Positions 1 through 10,704 of a DNA stretch of 58,790 bases are shown in pieces. The position numbers and the translations under genes are program-made. The stretch lies in the NCBI GenBank assembly GCA_019689655.1, contig JADGHC010000001.1:1-58790 (forward strand), written 5' to 3'. This DNA comes from Microbispora sp. (GTDB lineage: Bacteria > Actinomycetota > Actinomycetes > Streptosporangiales > Streptosporangiaceae). How positions within the stretch are numbered: position 1 is the first letter of the stretch; each line of letters begins with the position of its first letter. The notes below the pieces were generated by a model, which searched no databases, was not told the DNA's origin, and worked only from the letters and a program-made list of their open reading frames with translations.

Positions 1-103
1 GGGCGGCCGGCGGGGGGGGGCGGGGGGGGCGGCGGCGCCCCCCCCCCCCCCCCCCCCCCCCCACGGCGGTCATAGGACGACGGCGCTCACGGGACGGCGG
101 CGG

Positions 104-1180
104 TCAGAGGACGGCGGCCCGCACGCACAGCACGTCGGGCAGATGGCGGGCGATCAGCGACCAGCTCTCGCCCGCGTCGGCCGAGCCGTACACCTCGCCG
201 TCCCGGGTGCCGAAGAACACCCCGGCCGGCCCGGCGGACATCGCGTCCCTGAGCACCGAGGCGTGCACCGGGCCCTCGGGCAGCCCGTCGGACAGGCCGC
301 GCCAGGTGGCCCCGGCGTCGTCGCTGCGGAACACCCGGTATCGGTAACCGAGCGGCGTCCTGTCGATGTCGCCGTGCAGCGGGAAGACGTACAGCCTGTC
401 GGGGTCGTCCGCGTCCACCGCGATCGGGAACCCGAAGTCGGAGGGCAGGCCCGACCCGATCTCGGTCCAGGAGTCGCCGAAGTCGTCGGACCGGTAGACC
501 CCGAAGTGGTGCTGCAGGTAGAGCCGCTCCGGCATGGCGGGATGCTGTGCGACCTTGTGCACGCACTGGCCGAACTCGGGATACTGCGCACCCTCCGGAA
601 GGAAGGGCGCGCGGATGTTCTTGTTGGACGGCCGCCAGGTGGCCCCGGCGTCGTCGCTGCGGAAGAACCCGACGGCGGAGGCGGCGATCCCGATGCGCCG
701 CGGATCGGTGGGGTGCGGGATGACCGTGTGGAGGCACAGGCCGCCGCCCCCGGTCTGCCACTGGGGCCTGGTGGGGTGGTCCCAGAGGCCGTCGACCAGG
801 GTGTAGGTGGCCCCGCGGTCCTCCGACCGGAACAGCGCCGCGGGCTCGACGCCGGCCCAGACCACGTCCGGCTCGGCGGCCGACGGCTGGAGCTGCCACA
901 CCCGGGCCAGCGCGGCCCCGGTGCGCTCGGGGAAGGCGACCGGCGGAGCCTTGGCCTCCTCCCAGGTCTCGCCGAGGTCGTCGGACCACAGCACCGAAGG
1001 GCCGAAGTGGCCGTACTCGATGCCGGCGAGGAGGCGGGGCGTGCTGCCGCGGGTGTCGATCGCCACCGAGTGGATCGCGATCGTGGAGAAGCGTACGGGC
1101 TCGACCTCGAACGAGCCGCCGTCCCGGGAACGGGCGAGGAACAGCCCTTTGCGAGTACCGATCGCGAGGAGCGTGGTCAT
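104..1180 (-). CDS. BNR/Asp-box beta-propeller protein (glycosyl hydrolase/sialidase-like)
   Basis: Repeated Asp-box motifs (SDDLGETW, SEDRGATY, SDDAGATW, SDDFGDSW); GGAGG RBS before ATG. Confidence 0.85.
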   Translation of the reverse strand: MTTLLAIGTRKGLFLARSRDGGSFEVEPVRFSTIAIHSVAIDTRGSTPRLLAGIEYGHFGPSVLWSDDLGETWEEAKAPPVAFPERTGAALARVWQLQPSAAEPDVVWAGVEPAALFRSEDRGATYTLVDGLWDHPTRPQWQTGGGGLCLHTVIPHPTDPRRIGIAASAVGFFRSDDAGATWRPSNKNIRAPFLPEGAQYPEFGQCVHKVAQHPAMPERLYLQHHFGVYRSDDFGDSWTEIGSGLPSDFGFPIAVDADDPDRLYVFPLHGDIDRTPLGYRYRVFRSDDAGATWRGLSDGLPEGPVHASVLRDAMSAGPAGVFFGTRDGEVYGSADAGESWSLIARHLPDVLCVRAAVL

Positions 1181-1260
1181 ATGTCCTCCCTGTATTGATT
1201 TCGATCATGTTTTCGATTCGAATTCTGTCAGGAAACCCTCGCCCTCGCGTGCCGTTCCGG

Positions 1261-2550
1261 TCAAGCCCCGCTCCGCACCATCTCGCCGCGTCGCGGGTCG
1301 CCGTGGATGGCGTCGTCGTCCGTCCGGCCGCCGTGGCTCGCTCCCTCGTCCGGCCGGTCACCGTGGCCCGTTCCCTCGTCCGGCCGGCCGCCGTGGGTTG
1401 CTTCGCCATGTCTCCGGCCGCCGCGGCTTGAGTCGCCGTGGCTCGCGTCGTCGGGTACCGGGTCGCGGTGGATCAGCGAGAGCGGCACCCCCGCGGACCG
1501 CAGGCGCCGTACGGTCTCGTCCACCATCGCGGGCGGGCCGCAGACGTACGCCTCGTGGTCGGCCCACGAGTGGAACTGCTCGACCACGTCGGGGAGCAGG
1601 CCGCGCAGCCCCTCGTACGCGGGGTCGTCGGAGACCACCGGCACGACCCGCAGCCACGGGTAGGCGGCCTCCATCCGCGCCAGGTCGGGCATGTCGTACA
1701 GGTCGTGCGCGTGCCGGACGCCGAACAGCAGGTGGATGTTCGGCCGCTCGCCGGAGGCGATGACGTGCTCGACGACGGCCTTGAGCGGCGCCAGGCCGGT
1801 GCCTCCGGCGACGCAGAGGATGTCGCGGCCGGACTCGGGCGGCGTCATCGTGCCCTCCGGCGGGCCCAGCAGGAGCTGGTCGCCGACACGGGTGTGGCGG
1901 ACCAGCGCCGTGCTCACCCAGCCGCCCGGCACGGCGCGCACGTGCAGTCGCAGCGTGCCGTCGGCGCGGGGGGCGTTGGCGATCGAGAACCGCCGCCACA
2001 CGCGCGGCCACCTGGCCGTCTGGACGGTGATGTACTGCCCGGGGGCGAAGTCCATGCGCTGCGAGGGCCGCAGCGTGAGCACCGCGATGTCCCGGGTGCG
2101 CGGCTCATGGCCGATCACCTCCGCCAGCCACCAGGGCGGTGTCGTCTCCGCGGCGGCGGCGTCCGTCATGATCTTCGCCGCCATCGCGTACGCCTCGGTC
2201 CAGGCGGCCTCGACCTCGTCGGTCCAGACCTCGGCGGCGAAATTCCTGATGGTTGCGAGAAGGGCGTCCCCCACGGCGGCGTAGTGCTCCGGGGATACCC
2301 CGTACTTGCGATGGTCGCGCCCGAGCTGCGCGAGATAGGACGTCAGCTCCTCGGGGCTGTCGAGCATCCAGACGAGCCTCGTGAGCACGTCGGACATCCG
2401 GTCGCGATGCGCCTCCATGCTCGGCGGGTACAACGCCCGTAGCTGTGGGTGCTGCACGAACAGTCGTCCGTAGAAGTATCCCGCGACCTTCCCGGCGACG
2501 GGTTCGACGGCCGAGAAGCTCTCCTTGATGAGGCGCGGATTAAGCGGCAT
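1261..2550 (-). CDS. Flavohemoprotein-like protein (globin + FAD/NAD-binding reductase)
   Basis: Globin with LGRDHRKYGV, then RRFSIAN, GWVS, AGGTGLAP and YVCGP motifs of the FNR family. Confidence 0.85.
   Translation of the reverse strand: MPLNPRLIKESFSAVEPVAGKVAGYFYGRLFVQHPQLRALYPPSMEAHRDRMSDVLTRLVWMLDSPEELTSYLAQLGRDHRKYGVSPEHYAAVGDALLATIRNFAAEVWTDEVEAAWTEAYAMAAKIMTDAAAAETTPPWWLAEVIGHEPRTRDIAVLTLRPSQRMDFAPGQYITVQTARWPRVWRRFSIANAPRADGTLRLHVRAVPGGWVSTALVRHTRVGDQLLLGPPEGTMTPPESGRDILCVAGGTGLAPLKAVVEHVIASGERPNIHLLFGVRHAHDLYDMPDLARMEAAYPWLRVVPVVSDDPAYEGLRGLLPDVVEQFHSWADHEAYVCGPPAMVDETVRRLRSAGVPLSLIHRDPVPDDASHGDSSRGGRRHGEATHGGRPDEGTGHGDRPDEGASHGGRTDDDAIHGDPRRGEMVRSGA
1301..1404. repeat. Imperfect 30-bp tandem repeat in the flavohemoprotein C-terminal tail
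   Basis: CCGTGG recurs at 1301, 1331, 1361 and 1391 with similar intervening sequence. Confidence 0.75.
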
Positions 2551-2846
2551 CGGTTGTGTCCCACCCTTGAGACCGGAAACGTGCTCCGGTCTGTCGTTCC
2601 ACCTCCCTGACGGCTCCGGGTGACGAGCGCCGCCGGCCCCGGCACCGGCCGATCGCTCGACAGAGAGTGTTCCACTCGCTTCGGGGCGTCACAACCGATT
2701 CGCCGTAAGGCAACCGGCTGTGAATACTTCGTTATTTTTCGTGATGTTGCCTGAGTGACTCCGGAGACTCGTGAGGAAATTGACAAAAGGGAAATGATCT
2801 GCGCCATGATGGGCCTGCCTGCTCGCATACCTCTCAGGAGATGGCC

Positions 2847-3539
2847 ATGGCGCGTCCCATCGTCGGCATCACCACCTACCTTGAGGCCGCGCGCTGGGGT
2901 ACGTGGGTCCGCGAGGCTGCGATCTCGCCCCAGGCGTACGCCCGCGCGGTGGAGAAGGCGGGCGGCGCGCCCGTCCTGCTGCCGCCGCTGAGCCCGGTCT
3001 CCGCCGGAGACTACGTGCGCCGCCTGGACGCGGTCGTCCTCGCCGGGGGCGCCGACGTCGACCCCGCGCTGTACGGCGAGGTCGCGGCGGAGGAGCCGGA
3101 CGACGGGTTCGGCGGGCCGCAGCCGCACCGCGACCGCTTCGAGACGGCCCTGGCGCAGGCGGCGGTGGAGGCGGACGTGCCGCTGCTGGCCATCTCGCGC
3201 GGCATGCACGTGCTCAACGTCGCCCTGGGCGGCACGCTGATCACCTCCCTGCGGGAGTCCCTCGGCCACGACCGCCACGAGGCGGCCGCGCACGCGGTCG
3301 CGGTCAGCGTGTCGAGCAAGGTCGGCAAGGCCGTGGGCGACCGCGCGGAGACGGGCGCGCACCGCCGGGCCATCCGCCGGCTCGGCACCGGCCTGATGGC
3401 GGTGGCCTGGGCGGACGACCAGATCGTCGAGGCCGTCGAGCTTCAGGGGCATCGCTTCGCGGTGGGCGTCCAGTGGCACCCCGAACGCGGCCCGGACAAC
3501 CGCCTCGTCGAGGCCCTGGTGGACGCGGCCCGCCGCTGA
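2847..3539 (+). CDS. Gamma-glutamyl-gamma-aminobutyrate hydrolase family (peptidase C26, PuuD-like) protein with Cys-to-Ser at the nucleophile
   Basis: [29 protein letters not shown] and VQWHPE motifs; AGGAG RBS at 2836. Confidence 0.85.
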   Translation: MARPIVGITTYLEAARWGTWVREAAISPQAYARAVEKAGGAPVLLPPLSPVSAGDYVRRLDAVVLAGGADVDPALYGEVAAEEPDDGFGGPQPHRDRFETALAQAAVEADVPLLAISRGMHVLNVALGGTLITSLRESLGHDRHEAAAHAVAVSVSSKVGKAVGDRAETGAHRRAIRRLGTGLMAVAWADDQIVEAVELQGHRFAVGVQWHPERGPDNRLVEALVDAARR

Positions 3540-3611
3540 CCCGTACGGACCGTCTCCCGGCGGACCGCGGCACCGCCCGAGGAAGGGTAGTGGTGCCGTC
3601 CAAGGCGGGAG

Positions 3612-3855
3612 CCGGGGCACATGAGGCGGCGGCCGACCCCGGGTGGACAGGCGCGGCTGGTCGGGCGGGCACGGCACGCGGTCGGCCCGGCTGGGCACGG
3701 CGTGGTCGGCCCGTGAGGCGGTCGGCTCGGGCCCGGGCGGGCACGGCGCGCTGCCGACGTGTGAGGCGGCGGCCGACCCGGCCGGGCACGGCGCGCGGCC
3801 GGCTCGGGCGGCCACAGTGCGCGGTCGACCCGGCCGGGCACGGCGCGGCCGGTTG
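3612..3855. repeat. Degenerate intergenic repeat array (about 25-bp unit containing GGGCACGGC)
   Basis: GGGCACGGC at 3667, 3693, 3739, 3784 and 3836; TGAGGCGGCGGCCGACCC at 3622 and 3762. Confidence 0.7.
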
Positions 3856-3962
3856 CCCGGGGATCGGTGTCGCGCTCGCTGCCGCCGCCGGTCGCCGCCG
3901 TCCGCGGACCCTCGCCGAGCCGATCCGATTTCCTGTCGGTGGGCGCTGTTACTGTGCGGGGC

Positions 3963-4888
3963 ATGGCGTTGCATCCCCAGGCGGAGGCCTACCTCAAGCG
4001 TCTTCCCCCGGATCCCGGCGAGGAACTCGCCTCCCTCACCCTCGAGGACATCGTCGCGCTGCGGCGGCTGGACGGGATGGCCGAGCAGCGCGGCCCGAAG
4101 ATCGACCTGCCGGTGATCAGGGACGAGACGGCCGCCGGGGTGCCGGTCAGGATCTACCACCCCGAGCCGGGCGAGCATCCGCTGCCGGTGCTCATCTATT
4201 TCCACGGCGGCGGCTGGGTCTTCGGCAGCGTCGAGCGCACCGACGCCCTCGCCCGGGATCTCGCGCACCGCACCGGGGCGGTCGTCGTCTCGGTGGACTA
4301 CCGCCTCGCGCCCGAGCACCCCTTCCCCGCGGCCGCCGACGACGCCTTCGGGGTGGTCCGCGACGTCCACGCCCGCCCCGCGTTCTACGGAGCGGACGCG
4401 CGCAGGGTCGCGGTCGCCGGCGACAGCGCCGGGGGCAACCTCGCGGCGGTGGCCGCCTGGCTGGCCAGGGACGCGGGGCTCCGCCTCGCCCACCAGGCGC
4501 TGATCTACCCGATCGCCGACGTCGCGACCGACACGCCCAGCTACCGGGCGTACGGCAAGGGCTTCGGGCTGGACGCGGCGGAGATGAGGTGGTTCATCCA
4601 GCAGTACGCCGTGGACGCCGACCGCCGCGACCCGCGGCTCGCCCCGATCCACCTGCCCGACAAGTCGGGCCTCGCGCCCGCCACGGTGATCACGGCGGAG
4701 TGCGACCCGCTGTGCGACGAGGGCGAGGCGTACGCGCGGGAGCTCGCCAAGGCCGGCGTCCCGGTGGAGCACCGGCGCTACGAGGGCGCCGTGCACGGCT
4801 TCCTCGGCCTGCCCGGGTTCTTCGGCCAGGCGCTGGAGGGCAGGGACTACCTCGCCGCCCGGCTCAGGGACGCGCTGGGAGCCACGCC

Positions 4889-4892
<4 letters not shown>
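3963..4892 (+). CDS. Alpha/beta hydrolase, HSL-family esterase/lipase
   Basis: HGGG, GDSAGG, DPL and HGF motifs. Confidence 0.9.
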
Positions 4893-5680
<788 letters not shown>

Positions 5681-5738
5681 GGACACCCCGCCCCGGCCGT
5701 GCGGACATCCGCTCCGGGCCGTGCGGGCACGCCGCCGG

Positions 5739-6920
5739 TCAGAAGCTCCTGGGCAGTCCGAGCACCTGGGTGGCCAGGTAGTTGAGCAGCAGCTCCTCGG
5801 GCACCGGCGCGATCCGGCCGATCCTGGCGTCCGCCAGCAGCCGCGCGACGGGATACTCCAGGGAGTACGCCATGCCGCCGTGGGTCTGGAACGCCGCGTC
5901 GGCGGCCTCCCACGCGGCCTGCGAGGCCGTCAGCTTGGCGATGTTGGCCTCGGTGCCGCAGGGCAGCCGGTTGTCGAACGACCACGCCGCCTTGTACAGC
6001 ATGAGCCTGGCCAGCTCGATCTTCGCCTTGACCTGCGCCAGCGGGAACGCGATGGCCTGGTTGGCCCCGATGGGCCGGCCGAAGACCTCCCGCTGCTTGG
6101 CGTAGTCCACGCCCACCCGCAGCGCCACCTCGGCGCCGCCGAGCGCGCTGGCCGCCAGCAGGATCCGCTCGGGGTTCAGCACGTCCCACAGCACGCTCAC
6201 CCCCCGGTCCACCTCGCCGAGGACGCTGGAGGCGGGCAGCCGCAGGTCGTCGATGAAGACCATGTTGGACGGCGTGGTGTTCGCGCCCATCTTCGGGATC
6301 GGCCGGTAGGACAGCTGCCCGGCCGCCACCGCCTCCGGCACGTTCACCAGGAACACCGTCAGCCCGTCGGTGCGCGGCTTGGCCTGCGCCGCCGGGATCG
6401 TCCGGGTGACGAGCAGCATCCAGGTGGCCCGCTGCACCCCGGTGATCCAGATCTTCCGGCCGTTGACGACGAAGTCGCCCCCGTCCCTGCGGGCGAAGGT
6501 CGAGATCGCCAGCGAGTTCGACCCGGCGTCGGGCTCGGTCAGCGCGAAGCAGGTCTCGATCTCGCCCTTGGCGAGCTTCGGCAGCAGCTCGGCCTTCTGC
6601 TCGGCCGAGCCGTGCCTGGTGAGCGTGAGCGCCCCGAACCCCGGCGTCAGCACGTACATGAACGCCGAACCGCCGGCGGAGCCGGAGGCCGACAGGGTCT
6701 CGGTGGCCACGGCCAGCTCCAGCAGGCCCTGCCCGCCGCCGCCGTACTCCTCGGGCACCGCAAGGCCGAGCCAGCCGCCTTTGGCGAGCTCGGCCCAGAC
6801 CTCCTCGGGCCAGCGCTTTTCCGCTTCGCAGCGCTGCCAGTAGTCCATGTCGTACCGCGAGCAGATGTCCGCGATACCCTGCCGCACCGCCTGCGCGCTC
6901 TCCGGCAGCGTGAAGTCCAT
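5739..6920 (-). CDS. Acyl-CoA dehydrogenase
   Basis: [27 protein letters not shown] and QTHGGMAY motifs. Confidence 0.9.
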   Translation of the reverse strand: MDFTLPESAQAVRQGIADICSRYDMDYWQRCEAEKRWPEEVWAELAKGGWLGLAVPEEYGGGGQGLLELAVATETLSASGSAGGSAFMYVLTPGFGALTLTRHGSAEQKAELLPKLAKGEIETCFALTEPDAGSNSLAISTFARRDGGDFVVNGRKIWITGVQRATWMLLVTRTIPAAQAKPRTDGLTVFLVNVPEAVAAGQLSYRPIPKMGANTTPSNMVFIDDLRLPASSVLGEVDRGVSVLWDVLNPERILLAASALGGAEVALRVGVDYAKQREVFGRPIGANQAIAFPLAQVKAKIELARLMLYKAAWSFDNRLPCGTEANIAKLTASQAAWEAADAAFQTHGGMAYSLEYPVARLLADARIGRIAPVPEELLLNYLATQVLGLPRSF

Positions 6921-6968
6921 GGCGTCACTGTAGAACGTCGTTCGGCTCGCCGCGAGATCACGGTGAGA

Positions 6969-7559
6969 TCACCGGCGCGGCCGGCGCGCGTGGTAGACGA
7001 AGGCGGGCGGCAGGTTCCGCCACACCGTGCGCCCGGCCACCACCTCCTCGAACGCCTCGCGCAGCTTCCGGCGGAACCGCAGGGCCGCGGGCAGGGCGCG
7101 GGCGTGGACGTAGGAGAACGTCGTGAACGCGCCGCCCGGCGCGAGCGAGGCGACCACGGCACGCAGCAGGTCCGCCTGGCGGGCGGGGGGAAAGGCCGCC
7201 CAGGGCAGTCCGCTCACGATCACGTCGGCGGCGGCCACGCCCCGGGCGGCGAGCAGTTCGGGCAGTCGCTCGGCGCTGTCGACCACGAGCTCGACCCCCG
7301 GGTAGCGGTCGCCGAGATGAGCGGCGAGCCGGGGGTTGATCTCGACCGCCAGGTGCCGTCCCCGCCCCCCGAGGCGGCGCTGGATCTCGGCGGTGAAGGG
7401 GCCGGTGCCCGGGCCCAGCTCGACCACGACGGGGTCGCCGCGCTCCGGCACGGGCACGCACACCGCCTCGGACAACCACCGTGAGCTGGGCGCCACCGCC
7501 CCGATCACGGCCGGATAGCGCAGAAACTCCCCGAAGAAGATCGCTGTCTCTCCTGCCAT
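6969..7559 (-). CDS. Class I SAM methyltransferase, phospholipid N-methyltransferase (PmtA-like)
   Basis: IGAVAPSS, VELGPGTG, SGLPW and RNLPPAFVY motifs. Confidence 0.8.
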   Translation of the reverse strand: MAGETAIFFGEFLRYPAVIGAVAPSSRWLSEAVCVPVPERGDPVVVELGPGTGPFTAEIQRRLGGRGRHLAVEINPRLAAHLGDRYPGVELVVDSAERLPELLAARGVAAADVIVSGLPWAAFPPARQADLLRAVVASLAPGGAFTTFSYVHARALPAALRFRRKLREAFEEVVAGRTVWRNLPPAFVYHARRPRR

Positions 7560-7734
7560 GCCGCGACGTTATGGCCCCGGCACCGCCCGGGCCGTCCGCC
7601 GCACGGGCCGATCATGCGGCCGGGCGGATCACCGCGTACGGCCCGCCGGCGGGCGGGGACCGGCCAGAAGGAGGAGAAGCCGTCCTCCATCGGAAGGACC
7701 GGCTACCGCGCGGGCGGACGGTAACGTTCCCGTC

Positions 7735-9438
7735 ATGCGGTGGCCCTCGACGCGCCGGTTCGCCGCCCAGCGCCTCCTCGCCGGCAAACCCTTCGGGCGG
7801 CTCTCGCGCGGCACGCTCCTCGACGTCGGCCTCGCGGTGTGCGGGACCGGGCTCGACGTGCTGGTCAACGCCGGTTCCTGGACCGGTCCCGTTCCGATGT
7901 GGGCGGGGCTGGGTTTCGCGCTGCTGGCCGGGCTGCCGATGGGCCTGCTGCGCCGATGGCCCGGACCCGTCGCCGTCCACCTGGCGGCGCTGCTGGTGGT
8001 CTGCGACCAGGTCGGCGCGTTCACCGTCAACACCCTGCAGATCCTGCTGCCGATCTCGGCGGGCGTGCTGGCCAGGTCGCGCGGCTGGGGCTGGACCGCG
8101 CCCGCGGCGGTGCTCGCCGTCGCCGCCACGATGGTGAACCTGGTCGACCCCGGCGTCGCCCTCACCATCAACACCTGGTACTACGCCGTGGGCCTGATCG
8201 CGGTCCCGGTGCTGATCGGCCACTACCTCCGCGGCCAGGAGGGACGGCGCAAGGAGGACCCGGCACCGCTGCTCGACCTGCTGCTCGCGGGCGGCGGGGT
8301 GGCGCTGGCGGTGCTCACCACCTGGCCGTACTGGCACGACGGCAGACTGCCCGTGTGGGCGGTCGCGCTCGGGGTGATGCTCGCCGGGCTCGCGCTCGGC
8401 GTCGTACGGCACCTGCCCGGCGCGGTGCTGCTGCTGGAGAGCCTCATCCTGCTCGCGGCCGACCAGTACGCCCCGCGCACCGGCAGCAGCCTGCAACTGC
8501 TCGCCCTGGTGGCCCTCGGCGTGTTCGCGATCCGCGCCACCTGGCCGTGGGTCGCCGCGGCGTACGCCCTGACCTGCTCGGTCGCCGCGGTCGTGATCGT
8601 CGACGACCCCGCCGACATCACGCCGTTCCGGGTGGTGGCGCTGATGACGATGGTGACCGCGCCCGTGGCGATCGGCCGGTACGCGGGTGCGCGGCAGGCC
8701 CAGGCCAGGCACGCCGCCGAACTCGCCGCGGAGCGGGCCAGAGCCGGCTGGCTCGCCGAGCGGGAGCGGATCGCCCGCGAGGTCCACGACATCGTGGCCC
8801 ACCACGTCGGGGCCATGGTGCTGCGGGCCGGCGCCGCGCAGTACGCCGGGGCGAGCGGGCCGGCCGCCGAGGCGCTCGCCGACATCAGGGAGACCGGGCA
8901 CCGCGTGCTGGAGGACCTGCGCGGCCTGCTGGCCGTGCTGCGCGACCCCGGCGAGGCGCTGGGGCCGGACCTGCTGCTCCCGGACATGCTCGCCGACCCC
9001 GGCGACGTGCTGCGCGACGCCGTGGCGCGGATGTCGGCGGCCGGCCTGCGGGTGGACCTGCGCCTGCCGGACGAGGCGGAACGGGCCCCGCTGGTGGTGC
9101 GGGCGGCGGCGGCCAGGATCGTCCAGGAGGGACTGACGAACGTGCTCAAACACGCGGGGCCGGGGGCCCGTGCGGAGGTCGGCGTGCAGCTGCGCCCGGA
9201 CGCGCTCGTGGTGGAAGTACGCAACGGCCCCGGCACGTCCCGTCCCCCCGAGACGCTGCCGTCGCACGGACAGGGGATCGCGGGCATGCGGGCGCGGGCC
9301 CGGGCCCTCGGCGGGCACGTCACCGCGGGCCCCGCCGAGGACGGCGGCTGGCGGCTGACCGCAACGCTGCCGATCCCGGGCGAGGACGAGGCGGCCGCCG
9401 GGACCGCGGCGTGCCGGGCCACCGGGAGGCCCGCATGA
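7735..9438 (+). CDS. Membrane sensor histidine kinase (HisKA_3)
   Basis: Many TM segments; ERERIAREVHDIVAH, EGLTNVLKHA and GQGIAGMRAR motifs. Confidence 0.9.
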   Translation: MRWPSTRRFAAQRLLAGKPFGRLSRGTLLDVGLAVCGTGLDVLVNAGSWTGPVPMWAGLGFALLAGLPMGLLRRWPGPVAVHLAALLVVCDQVGAFTVNTLQILLPISAGVLARSRGWGWTAPAAVLAVAATMVNLVDPGVALTINTWYYAVGLIAVPVLIGHYLRGQEGRRKEDPAPLLDLLLAGGGVALAVLTTWPYWHDGRLPVWAVALGVMLAGLALGVVRHLPGAVLLLESLILLAADQYAPRTGSSLQLLALVALGVFAIRATWPWVAAAYALTCSVAAVVIVDDPADITPFRVVALMTMVTAPVAIGRYAGARQAQARHAAELAAERARAGWLAERERIAREVHDIVAHHVGAMVLRAGAAQYAGASGPAAEALADIRETGHRVLEDLRGLLAVLRDPGEALGPDLLLPDMLADPGDVLRDAVARMSAAGLRVDLRLPDEAERAPLVVRAAAARIVQEGLTNVLKHAGPGARAEVGVQLRPDALVVEVRNGPGTSRPPETLPSHGQGIAGMRARARALGGHVTAGPAEDGGWRLTATLPIPGEDEAAAGTAACRATGRPA

Positions 9439-10124
9439 TCCGCGTCGTGCTGGCCGACGACCAGGCCCTGGTGCGGGCGGGGGTGCGGATGATGCTGGAG
9501 GCGGCCGGCGACATGGAGGTGTGCGGGGAGGCCGCCGACGGGGCCGAGGCCGTACGGCTGGCCGAGCGGCACCGCCCCGACGTGGTGCTGATGGACCTGC
9601 GGATGCCGCGCGTCGACGGCCTGGAGGCCACCCGCAGGATCCTCGCGGCCCAGCCGTCCGCCCGGATCGTCGTGCTCACCACGTTCTCCGAGGACGAGAA
9701 CCTCTACGCCGCGCTCGGCGCGGGCGCGCTCGGGTTCCTGGTCAAGGACGACCCGCCGGAACGGATGGTCGACGCGGTACGGCGGGCCGCGACGGGGGAG
9801 CCCCCGCTCGCGCCGTCGGTGCTGCGGCGCGTCGTCGAACGGGCCCTGGCGGCCGAGCGGCAGACGGTGCCGCTCCCGCCCGGCCTCACCGAGCGCGAGG
9901 CGCAGGTGCTCACCCTGGTCGGGGTCGGGCTGTCCAACGCCGAGATCGCCGACCGGCTGCACGTGGGGGTCACCACGGTCAAGAGCCACGTGGCCGCGCT
10001 CATCGAGAAGCTGGGGCTGCGCAACCGCACCCAGGCGGCCGTGATGGCACACCGGTTCGGCTTGGTCGACGGCGGGTTCAACCCCGTGACTCCTGCCCGG
10101 AACGGCGGGCGGGACGGCAGGTAG
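9435..10124 (+). CDS. NarL/LuxR-family response regulator
   Basis: MIRVVLADD, MDLRMP and LTEREAQVL...TTVKSHV; overlaps the kinase stop. Confidence 0.9.
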   Translation: MIRVVLADDQALVRAGVRMMLEAAGDMEVCGEAADGAEAVRLAERHRPDVVLMDLRMPRVDGLEATRRILAAQPSARIVVLTTFSEDENLYAALGAGALGFLVKDDPPERMVDAVRRAATGEPPLAPSVLRRVVERALAAERQTVPLPPGLTEREAQVLTLVGVGLSNAEIADRLHVGVTTVKSHVAALIEKLGLRNRTQAAVMAHRFGLVDGGFNPVTPARNGGRDGR

Positions 10125-10134
10125 GGTCTGGGGC

Positions 10135-10701
10135 GTGAACGCTGCCGAGGACCGCATCTGGACGGTGCCCAACCTGCTGAGCGCGCTGCGGCTGCTCGGC
10201 GTCCCCGTCTTCCTCTGGCTCGTGCTGGGACCCCACGCCGACGGGTGGGCGATCGCGCTGCTGGCGCTCGCGGGCTTGAGCGACTGGCTCGACGGCAAGC
10301 TCGCCCGCGCCTGGAACCAGATCAGCAGGCTGGGCCGGCTCATCGACCCCCTCGCCGACCGGCTCTACATCCTCGCCACCCTGCTCGGCCTGGTCCTGCG
10401 GGGCGCCGTCCCCTGGTGGCTGGCGCTCGCGGTGCCGCTGCGCGACGTGCTGATGCTGTGGATCCCGCCCCTGCTGCGGCGGCACGGGTACGGCCCGGCG
10501 CTGCCCGTCCACTTCCTCGGCAAGGCGGGCACCGCGGCCCTGATGTACGCGTTCCCGCTGCTGTTCCTCGCCTCGCACGAGGGATGGTACGCCGAGATTG
10601 CCGCGATCTTCGGATGGGCCTTCGCCATCTGGGGAACTGGTCTGTATTGGTGGGCGGGGGTGTTGTATGTCGTACAAGTGCGCCAGCTAACGAAGGGGTG
10701 A
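10135..10701 (+). CDS. CDP-alcohol phosphatidyltransferase (PgsA2/eukaryote-type cardiolipin synthase-like)
   Basis: TVPNLLS and DWLDGKLAR...GRLIDPLAD signature. Confidence 0.9.
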   Translation: MNAAEDRIWTVPNLLSALRLLGVPVFLWLVLGPHADGWAIALLALAGLSDWLDGKLARAWNQISRLGRLIDPLADRLYILATLLGLVLRGAVPWWLALAVPLRDVLMLWIPPLLRRHGYGPALPVHFLGKAGTAALMYAFPLLFLASHEGWYAEIAAIFGWAFAIWGTGLYWWAGVLYVVQVRQLTKG

Positions 10702-10704
10702 GCG

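Noticed and set aside
1-62. Poly-G then poly-C run at the window start (possible hairpin or G-quadruplex)
   Set aside because: Homopolymer-rich sequence at the edge is most likely a sequencing/assembly artefact of a GC hairpin at a contig end.
3612-3855. Possible CRISPR array
   Set aside because: Repeats are short and degenerate, spacers resemble one another, and no cas genes are present.
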